Of a stretch of DNA of 64,000 nucleotides, positions 57,081 to 64,000 are shown in pieces. The stretch is from Hadesarchaea archaeon (GTDB lineage: Archaea; Hadarchaeota; Hadarchaeia; Hadarchaeales; Hadarchaeaceae), in NCBI GenBank assembly GCA_029259175.1, contig JAPDJH010000005.1:1-64000 (forward strand), written 5' to 3'. The notes beneath the pieces were generated by a model, which worked only from the letters and a program-made list of their open reading frames with translations, had not been told where the DNA came from and did not search any database. The position numbers and the translations under genes were made by a program. How positions within the stretch are numbered: the first letter of the stretch is position 1; every line of letters begins with the position of its first letter.

Positions 57081-58295
57081 TTACTGGATTATGCCATAAC
57101 CTATCAATCGCCACCGGTTGGCAACACGTCTACTGATCGCCGCGCGCCATCCGTGGTCCGCGCAGACAGGATATTTGAGCACTATCGAAACACGCTCTCC
57201 TTTGATCGCAGTTATTACCCCCACGCGCGCGGCAGTACCAATGCTCAGCATCAGAGGCTCGTTCATCGCGAGCGGTTTTACCTCCACCTCTTTTTCAAGG
57301 CCCACGACCCTGTCCAACAGGTGGGCTTCTATCTCGATTCGAGTTGCAACATCTGGGAGAGAGTGATGGTGACCAACCACGGAGCCCACGAGAGCGTCAG
57401 ATTTGGTCAGAGAGGGATCGAGACTCGTGCCTACACCGATGAGACCACCGGGGCCTGCGGAGTCCAAAAAGGAATCCATCGCGCGCAAGCTGACAACTTT
57501 GGTATCGAGGTGCTGCCAAGTCGTCTGTCCACCCTTTGAGGATATTATGCCCGGACGGATGGAGATCTCATCTCCTACCGACAGAATACCCTGCATTAGA
57601 GTTCCGCCAACAACTCCTCCTTGGAGATTCTCGGGACGAGTACCAGGCTTGTTGATATCGAAAGAACGGGCTACAAACATTAATGGAGGTTTATCGGGAT
57701 CACGAGGAGGGGTAGGAATGTGCTTCTCAATCGCTTCAATCAGTTTATCGATGTTTACGCGGTGTACCGCGGAAACTGGGATTACAGGGGCGTCCGAATA
57801 TCCGACAGAATTGAGAAACTCTTGGATTTGGCGATAATTTTCGAGAGCCTTTTCTTTTGAAACCAAATCGATCTTGGTCTGAACCACCACCACATTTTTC
57901 ACGCCGATTATCTGGAGAGCCATCAGGTGTTCCTTGGTTTGGGGTTGAGGACAAGGCTCGTTGGCGGCGATGACAAGCAGAGCCCCATCCATCAGGGCCG
58001 CGCCTGAAAGCATCGTGGCCATCAGCATCTCGTGGCCGGGGGCATCCACAAACGAAACACGGCGAAGCTCTTTCGTGTTTCCACCGCAGTAAGGACACTT
58101 AGGCTTTGTACCACATCGCCCGCACTCTTCACATCTGTAAAAAGTGGTGTCGGCATATCCGAGCCGGATAGTTATGCCTCGCTTGATCTCCTCACTATGG
58201 GTGTCGGTCCACACGCCGGAAAGGGCTTCGGTCAAAGTGGTCTTGCCATGATCGATGTGTCCGACCATCCCAATATTTACTGTAGCTTGTGGCAT
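57081..58295 (-). CDS. eif2g: Translation initiation factor 2 gamma
   Basis: [36 protein letters not shown]. Confidence 0.97.
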   Translation of the reverse strand: MPQATVNIGMVGHIDHGKTTLTEALSGVWTDTHSEEIKRGITIRLGYADTTFYRCEECGRCGTKPKCPYCGGNTKELRRVSFVDAPGHEMLMATMLSGAALMDGALLVIAANEPCPQPQTKEHLMALQIIGVKNVVVVQTKIDLVSKEKALENYRQIQEFLNSVGYSDAPVIPVSAVHRVNIDKLIEAIEKHIPTPPRDPDKPPLMFVARSFDINKPGTRPENLQGGVVGGTLMQGILSVGDEISIRPGIISSKGGQTTWQHLDTKVVSLRAMDSFLDSAGPGGLIGVGTSLDPSLTKSDALVGSVVGHHHSLPDVATRIEIEAHLLDRVVGLEKEVEVKPLAMNEPLMLSIGTAARVGVITAIKGERVSIVLKYPVCADHGWRAAISRRVANRWRLIGYGIIQ

Positions 58296-58334
58296 GTACT
58301 CACACCACTACACCGCTCTGAAATGATAAAAACT

Positions 58335-58748
58335 TCAGGATTGGGACTGGGAGGATGCTGACTCCTCTTTTTTACCAAAAACTTCTTCTAGCGGTTTTTC
58401 TCCTTTCTTCACAACTTTTGTGTTTATCTGGACTATGGCGTCGGAGATTTGACGTCCGCGAACACGTTTTCTTCTCCGCTCGCCGCGCTTCATCGGTCTG
58501 AAACCCGGAGGCGAGCTGAGCAATATAGTTTTTCGACCTGGGCCAGCAACGTCGGGGCGCATCGGAAAACCGTCGCGATCCGTCCCGCCTGTTATTTGAA
58601 GCTCATAACCAGGGAGACCCACGATAGAACCATCGAATCGATCCCCGATTTTGAGACCGATGAGTCTCCGGGACTCCGGTTCTTTTACTTCCACCTGATA
58701 GCTTCGGCCACTCTCCGGATCTGAGATCACTATCTTAAACGGCACCAA
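58335..58748 (-). CDS. rps6e: 30S ribosomal protein S6e
   Basis: ITGGTDRDGFPMRPD, GERRRKRVRG. Confidence 0.96.
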   Translation of the reverse strand: MVPFKIVISDPESGRSYQVEVKEPESRRLIGLKIGDRFDGSIVGLPGYELQITGGTDRDGFPMRPDVAGPGRKTILLSSPPGFRPMKRGERRRKRVRGRQISDAIVQINTKVVKKGEKPLEEVFGKKEESASSQSQS

Positions 58749-58863
58749 CCATCACCTTTGCATCACTGGAGTGCGCGGGATTAAAAACTTACGTGTGGGT
58801 GTTGGATCTCACCAGGAGACTTGCCACAACCCCGACCCTCTACGGTAAAACGTGAAATATCGT

Positions 58864-60654
58864 TCACATCACACCATATGTCGGATCCTTTCGTTGCTTG
58901 ATGGCAATAATTTCATCTAGAACCGCTAGTTCGTCGCCGGAAAGCAAGTCTCTCAAGTCTTTTTTGAGAACCAATACGTGATCTCGCGGAACGTCTGTAT
59001 AGAGAGTGTCTCCCTCTCTTATGTTACGCCCCACTACGCCCCCATCGATAGAAATCGCCAGTTCATCGCCTAGCCGAGCCTCTTGGACCGACTGCTTCTC
59101 CTTCTGGAGTTCGCGCACCGTGCCCACTTCTTTTCCATCGGAGCGAATCAGCGGCACTTTTGGCTTCAACACGCCTCCCACCACATCGATCCCTACTATC
59201 GCAGGGTCGCTTCTCCTAAACACGTACCCGGGCTTGATCACCAGTTTGGCCGGTCTGATAAAGGCACTCAATCGTTCTGCACGGATTGCTTCTCTTTTCT
59301 GCTGCATCCATTTCTTATAATTCTCGAACAAACGGTAGATCACCTGATCCTCAACTATTTCTACACCTTCCTGTGAGGCAATGGTGCGTGCTTCGGGCAG
59401 GACTTTAACGTTGAAACAAAGAACTACTCCGTAAAGCGGCTCCGCCTGCGCGACCGATGCCGCTTCCATCACGTCGCGCTTTGACACATCACCTATATCT
59501 GCAAGTCTTATCGGAATGTTCTCGGCGGCCAATTGATTTTCTATTGCTTCCAGCGATCCCAGAGCGTCGGCTTTGACCACCACACCGTTGACATCGGAGC
59601 TTATGCGGACTTTTTCCATCTCTTGTTGCATTTCTCTCCAAGCTTGTTCCCCCTCTTTCTCGCTTTTTATGACCAAGAATGGAGCTCCAGCCACTGCTCC
59701 TTCTAGGTTGGGAGCTGCGATTTTTACTCCAGCGGCAGCATAAGCCGCGGGAACTGTCCGAAAACGGTCCTCGGGATCGCGGATTTCGTCCAATGGTTTG
59801 GGCTTAAGGATGGCACGCACCTTTGAAATGATGGGTTTCTCTAGGCCCCCAACCACAAACATGTCTCCGCGCCTGACACATCCATCATAAATGATCACAT
59901 CGAGTGTTTTGCCCAAACCCGTGGTCTCCTTCACCTCCAGCACCGTTCCTCGCGCTGGTCCGGAAACCTCTAGTCTTAGCCGATCTTCGAGAAAACGCTG
60001 GGCCAAGCCAAACAATATCGCAAGCACCTCGGGGATCCCCTCCCCCGTTTTGGCGCTGGCAGGAATTATCGAGACCTGTCTTCGGAAATCCGAGACCCTG
60101 TCAAAGCGCTCGGATTCGAAACCCAAATCGTAAAGCTTGCCTATAAGCTCGTATACTTTTTCGTCCAAGAGCTGTTGAACTCTCGAAGGCTGGGAAGCAA
60201 ACGAGTCCAAAAAACATGACTTCGGCTGGACTTTCCATCCGGGTAACAGGTCTATTTTGTTCGCCACAAGCACAAAAGGTGTTCGATAGCTTTTCAGGAT
60301 GGTTATGGATTCGAGCGTTTGAGGCATGAATCCCTCATTGATATCTACCACAAGCGCCGCCAAATCAGCGAGCGCCCCACCGCGTCGTCTCAAATTGGTA
60401 AAAGCCTCGTGACCAGGGGTATCAATAAACAACAAGCCTGGAAGCTTCAGTTCTATGTTGAATCGTTTGAGAAGCGGACCACATAGCTGCCGGATTGTCT
60501 CAGCAGGAACCTCTGTAGCGCCTATATGTTGAGAGATGCCCCCAGCTTCGCGGGCTGCAACAGCGGTGCCCCTGATGGTGTCGAGCAAAAGAGTTTTTCC
60601 GTGGTCCACGTGGCCTAAGACCGATATTATGGGCTGCCGGACACATTTCTCCAT
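58864..60654 (-). CDS. infB: Translation initiation factor aIF5B (IF-2)
   Basis: LGHVDHGKT, GGISQHIGA, DTPGHEAF, NKID. Confidence 0.97.
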   Translation of the reverse strand: MEKCVRQPIISVLGHVDHGKTLLLDTIRGTAVAAREAGGISQHIGATEVPAETIRQLCGPLLKRFNIELKLPGLLFIDTPGHEAFTNLRRRGGALADLAALVVDINEGFMPQTLESITILKSYRTPFVLVANKIDLLPGWKVQPKSCFLDSFASQPSRVQQLLDEKVYELIGKLYDLGFESERFDRVSDFRRQVSIIPASAKTGEGIPEVLAILFGLAQRFLEDRLRLEVSGPARGTVLEVKETTGLGKTLDVIIYDGCVRRGDMFVVGGLEKPIISKVRAILKPKPLDEIRDPEDRFRTVPAAYAAAGVKIAAPNLEGAVAGAPFLVIKSEKEGEQAWREMQQEMEKVRISSDVNGVVVKADALGSLEAIENQLAAENIPIRLADIGDVSKRDVMEAASVAQAEPLYGVVLCFNVKVLPEARTIASQEGVEIVEDQVIYRLFENYKKWMQQKREAIRAERLSAFIRPAKLVIKPGYVFRRSDPAIVGIDVVGGVLKPKVPLIRSDGKEVGTVRELQKEKQSVQEARLGDELAISIDGGVVGRNIREGDTLYTDVPRDHVLVLKKDLRDLLSGDELAVLDEIIAIKQRKDPTYGVM

Positions 60655-60697
60655 TTTAAATCCCGCTTCTATTTTGACAACGCCCTAGATAAAACAA

Positions 60698-61099
60698 TCA
60701 GAAAAAAAGAGAAAGTTCTCGTTTCGCGCTCTCCGGTGAATCTGCTGCATGAATCACGTTCTGAGTTACTGTTGTTCCGTAATCCCCACGTATGGTGCCC
60801 TTGGGCGCCTTCGCGGGATCTGTAGGTCCTATCAGAGCACGCACTCTGGCCACAGCATTCTCTCCTCTCACCAGCATGAGGACGACATCGCCAGAAATCG
60901 TGAACTGAATCAGGCGCTCAAAAAATTCTTTTCCCCGATGGGGCTCGTAAAGCCTCTCGGCTTCATCACGGGTTAATCGTTTTCTCTGCTTCCTCACTAT
61001 CTCCAATCCTGCTGCTTCGATTCGTCTAACAATCTCGCTCTCCAGTCCTCGGGCTACACCATCTGGCTTTATCATTACCAAAGTTTCTTCTACGACCAT
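60698..61099 (-). CDS. ndk: Nucleoside diphosphate kinase
   Basis: IKPDGV, GTIRGDYG, NVIHAADS. Confidence 0.95.
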   Translation of the reverse strand: MVVEETLVMIKPDGVARGLESEIVRRIEAAGLEIVRKQRKRLTRDEAERLYEPHRGKEFFERLIQFTISGDVVLMLVRGENAVARVRALIGPTDPAKAPKGTIRGDYGTTVTQNVIHAADSPESAKRELSLFF

Positions 61100-61194
61100 C
61101 GGTTAACATAATGTTAAACGACTTTTAACTTTTTGTCATCGGCTTTTCCTAACCGCAAAATCACATTCCTAAAACCTGAGTTAAAAGAATCGTG

Positions 61195-61389
61195 TCATGT
61201 TAGCTTTCCTCGCAGTTTGCGCGAACGCTCTGTCCATCTAATCTTCTGTGGCTTGCGGCCCAATCGATAATTGCGTTCGCACTTGCTGGCACAGAAAAAA
61301 AGCACCGTACCATCATTACGAACAAACATAAGCCCTCGTCCCGGTTCTATTCTGCCACCGCAAAACGAACACTTTCTAACCTGTGGCAT
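61195..61389 (-). CDS. rpl24e: 50S ribosomal protein L24e
   Basis: CSFCG..IEPG.G..FCASKC. Confidence 0.96.
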   Translation of the reverse strand: MPQVRKCSFCGGRIEPGRGLMFVRNDGTVLFFCASKCERNYRLGRKPQKIRWTERSRKLRGKLT

Positions 61390-61391
61390 CG

Positions 61392-61613
61392 CTATGGCAC
61401 CTTTATCTCTCTGGCCTCGCGCTCCGTCTCGCGAAGCATGAGAATGTCCCCCACACGCACGGGCCCTTTTACGTTGCGAGTGATGATCCTCCCCTTATCC
61501 CGTCCATCCAGTATTCTGCACTTTACCTGCAGGATCTCACCAGTAACGCCCGTCCGCGCTCTAACTTCAATTACCTCAGCCGGATATCCCAAGCCCTCCT
61601 CTTCTTCAGGCAT
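61392..61613 (-). CDS. rps28e: 30S ribosomal protein S28e
   Basis: [29 protein letters not shown]. Confidence 0.96.
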   Translation of the reverse strand: MPEEEEGLGYPAEVIEVRARTGVTGEILQVKCRILDGRDKGRIITRNVKGPVRVGDILMLRETEREAREIKVP

Positions 61614-61617
61614 AGAA

Positions 61618-61989
61618 TCACTTCTTGAGTTCCTTGATGCGCTCAACTATTTCGTTCACCAAGTCCGCTGCCTCTCCGGGCTCGATTATTGCCGCCGATG
61701 CCGCTGCGACTTCGATACCACTCGCTGCTCCCAGTTCCTGTTTACTCGGCACGTAGACATAGGGAGTCTCTTTTTCATCGCAGAGCGGGGGTAAGTGGGC
61801 CACTACTTCGGGCGGGTCCACATCTTCCGCTATGACAACCAGCTTCGCTTGTTTGCGTTCGACTGCCTTGGTAACCTCGTTCGTGCCGCGCTTGACTTTC
61901 CCCGTGTCGCGTGCGCGTTCGATCGCCTCGTATGCCTTGTCGGCGAGTTCCTTCGGGACTTCAAACCGCACGTATATCGGCTTGGCCAT
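61618..61989 (-). CDS. rpl7ae: 50S ribosomal protein L7Ae
   Basis: [26 protein letters not shown]. Confidence 0.97.
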   Translation of the reverse strand: MAKPIYVRFEVPKELADKAYEAIERARDTGKVKRGTNEVTKAVERKQAKLVVIAEDVDPPEVVAHLPPLCDEKETPYVYVPSKQELGAASGIEVAAASAAIIEPGEAADLVNEIVERIKELKK

Positions 61990-62030
61990 TCACACACCTC
62001 CTTCGGGTTATACCTTCATCATTCATTAGC
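61990..62030 (-). promoter_or_regulatory. Putative k-turn in the rpl7ae 5' UTR (autoregulation) next to the SD
   Basis: Minus strand AUGAUGAAGGUAUAACCCGAAGGAGGUG: GAU bulge, tandem GA/AG, GG/CC stem, then GGAGGUG SD. Confidence 0.55.
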
Positions 62031-62079
62031 GTAAAAGGATTATGGCGAGCCCATAAAAAGGATTTGGATGAGAGGTCTT

Positions 62080-63549
62080 TCACCGCTTCATTTTCTCCCA
62101 TATCTCTAGCAGTCGCTCTTTCCATTCTCCATCTGCCAAAACTTCGATTCCAACGTACCTGTGTTTGTTCCGTTCAAGAAACCGTCTAACGGCGTCCAAG
62201 GTCTGACGGATCGTTTCCTCTTCCACCTCTTCTGGGATCTCATGCTGCCACAGCGGGTACATCTCCTCCAATTCCTCCGGAATGGGGCCGAACGGGGGTA
62301 CAACTTTAACAAAATGAGGATTGGGGGAAGTGCTCTTGGGTTTCGCCCGGTCTCCAAAAGCAACGTACAGAACCAACGTCTTTCCTTCCGGAGGTGAGTA
62401 TTGTTCCAGTCTCTGCCGGTATCTCAACACTTCTGGCCTATGGCGACAATCGGGTCCGAGATAGAAAAATGCCGATGATTTGCTCACCGGATCATAGCGT
62501 TCGATAAAATCGGCGTGTCGGTAGAACTCCTTCAACCCTTCCAGCAATCGCGGATGTGCCCGACACCTCTGCTCGAGGAGTTCGAACAGCCACCCCTCCC
62601 ATATTGCCTGCCGGATAGTGCGGATTTCAGCAAAAGTCACGTAAAGGTTGTGGCGGCTCAAAAAATCGATTTGCTCGGATTCTGACATCTCACGGACCTC
62701 TCGGGGGGTGTTCTTGACACACATTGGACAGTCGCAAGGAAACCATTCCAATTCACTTAGCTGATGAGTACCGTGAACGGTGAGATATCGGCCGTCCTTT
62801 GCGTACAATGCATACGCTGCAGAATCGAACAGGTCACAACCCATTGCAACCCCTAGAGCTAAAAACATTGGATGGCCTACACCAAAAAGATGAACCGGTC
62901 TCTCCACCGGCAAATTGCGCTTAGCCGCCATCGTGAGGCGAACCACATCACGGAAGCGATAGTTTTCTAAAAGCTCGACCGGACTTCCGATCGCATGCAC
63001 ATGATATTCCAGCCGGCCCATCTCTCGAGCGCACGTCTCTACTAGATCTGTGAAAAGCCCTCCCTGGATTGGGCCACACCAAAGCATGTCTGTCCGAGTC
63101 CTGATTTGTTGTGCTCGCTTTGCCCTCTCGACAGTTATTCTCACCGTCTCCTCTGCTTTTTCTCTGGTGGCTGTAGCACCTGTGGGTACATCGAGAATGG
63201 TGGCGATATCCGAACCAATGCTTTCCTGATACTTCACTATTTCATCTGGATCCACCTCTATCACGCCGTGGCGCAACAACTGGTATGCGCCGCTATCGGT
63301 CATTATAGGGCCGTCGAATTCCAAGAGATTGTGAACGCCTTTCTCGGAGGCGGAGGGGCCAAAATTGCGCCATATCAGATAAGCGTTGGTAATCAGGATT
63401 TCTGCGCCAAATTTCTTTAGTTCGGAACAAGGGATGGTAATCCGCGCCGGGTTTATTACCGGCATCAGAGTAGGGGTTTCCACTATCCCGTGGCGCGTCC
63501 GAAGTCGGCCTATTCGGGCCAAACCATCATGACACAGTACCTCGAACAT
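62080..63549 (-). CDS. tgtA: Archaeosine tRNA-guanine(15) transglycosylase, lacking the C2/PUA domains
   Basis: ETPTLMPV, MTDSGAYQ, HLFGVGHP, DLFDSAAY, CDCPMC..HNL. Confidence 0.94.
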   Translation of the reverse strand: MFEVLCHDGLARIGRLRTRHGIVETPTLMPVINPARITIPCSELKKFGAEILITNAYLIWRNFGPSASEKGVHNLLEFDGPIMTDSGAYQLLRHGVIEVDPDEIVKYQESIGSDIATILDVPTGATATREKAEETVRITVERAKRAQQIRTRTDMLWCGPIQGGLFTDLVETCAREMGRLEYHVHAIGSPVELLENYRFRDVVRLTMAAKRNLPVERPVHLFGVGHPMFLALGVAMGCDLFDSAAYALYAKDGRYLTVHGTHQLSELEWFPCDCPMCVKNTPREVREMSESEQIDFLSRHNLYVTFAEIRTIRQAIWEGWLFELLEQRCRAHPRLLEGLKEFYRHADFIERYDPVSKSSAFFYLGPDCRHRPEVLRYRQRLEQYSPPEGKTLVLYVAFGDRAKPKSTSPNPHFVKVVPPFGPIPEELEEMYPLWQHEIPEEVEEETIRQTLDAVRRFLERNKHRYVGIEVLADGEWKERLLEIWEKMKR

Positions 63550-63588
63550 CAAACAACAACACGTGCTGAAAAATAAGAGTCTTCGTGT

Positions 63589-64000
63589 TCAACACACCGA
63601 ATGCTTGCCCTCTGCTAGTTCTTTGCAAAAAACGTCTATTCGCTCCAGCTCCGAATCGATGATTTCACGGATTTTCGGTTCAACTTCTTTTAGTTTTGTT
63701 CCCTTTGCAGGGATTACCCGTGCTGCTGCCAGCGCCGGCTGGTCGATCGGTTTTCCGATCTGGCTAACCAGCCACACATAGACCTCTCGTAGGCCGGGAA
63801 CTTGAGAGTGGATTTCCTTCGCTATTCTGTGGGTGAGGAGGTTGTATATTTTGCCCACGTGGCTCACAGGATTCTTGCCAGCCGCAGCTTCAGATCCCAT
63901 GTGCCGGTTGAGGGGGATAACTCCATTTGGCCTGTTCCCACGACCAACTTGGCCCGAATCAGCGCCATCGGCGCTCGTACCAAGCACTGTAAGATAAATG
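63589..64000 (-). CDS. mat: Archaeal methionine adenosyltransferase, 3' part (runs off the window)
   Basis: [39 protein letters not shown]. Confidence 0.93.
   Translation of the reverse strand, partial: IYLTVLGTSADGADSGQVGRGNRPNGVIPLNRHMGSEAAAGKNPVSHVGKIYNLLTHRIAKEIHSQVPGLREVYVWLVSQIGKPIDQPALAAARVIPAKGTKLKEVEPKIREIIDSELERIDVFCKELAEGKHSVC

Noticed and set aside
58749-58863. Possible sRNA between infB and rps6e
   Set aside because: No C/D boxes or convincing stem; more simply an internal promoter (tttttaa on the minus strand) plus SD.
1-64000. CRISPR array, rRNA, integrase/transposase, inteins
   Set aside because: No regularly spaced repeats or rRNA-like tracts were seen. Reverse gyrase and aIF5B have normal lengths with no intein motifs.

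Overview
Gene-dense archaeal chromosome segment from a probable thermophile, since it carries reverse gyrase and FBP aldolase/phosphatase. Gene content is euryarchaeal-like; a Hadarchaeota-type lineage is my impression, not a tested assignment. Most of the window is housekeeping: thermosome, rpo6, FEN-1, pcm, dph5, carS, uppS, PPDK, pheST, the L7Ae-S28e-L24e-ndk-aIF5B-S6e-aIF2gamma-PIN-rpo7-spt4 superoperon, a split archaeosine TGT, queD, queE and three tRNAs (Thr-CGT, Lys-CTT, Gln-TTG). The unusual parts are: (1) a 1-3.9 kb surface-protein locus with a putative major secreted subunit, an active SipW/S26-like signal peptidase, a second paralog with both catalytic residues replaced, an Ig-like accessory protein and a decayed copy of the subunit; (2) a 285-bp MITE (23-bp TIRs, 9-bp TSD) inserted on the start codon of a phosphoribosyltransferase, keeping the frame open; (3) rpo6 with no ATG/GTG/TTG start, probably ATT; (4) a membrane-bound pyrophosphatase in the operon slot held by soluble Ppa in other euryarchaea; (5) a lafABC-like glycolipid cluster with an AUR1/PAP2-type enzyme; (6) an RHH regulator/HEAT/acyl-CoA synthetase island with 10-bp phased repeats; (7) toxin-antitoxin modules and pseudogenes accumulated at tRNAs; (8) a TFS-like protein lacking its catalytic ribbon. 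No CRISPR array, rRNA or intact transposase/integrase was seen. All assignments are by motif recognition only; no searches were run.
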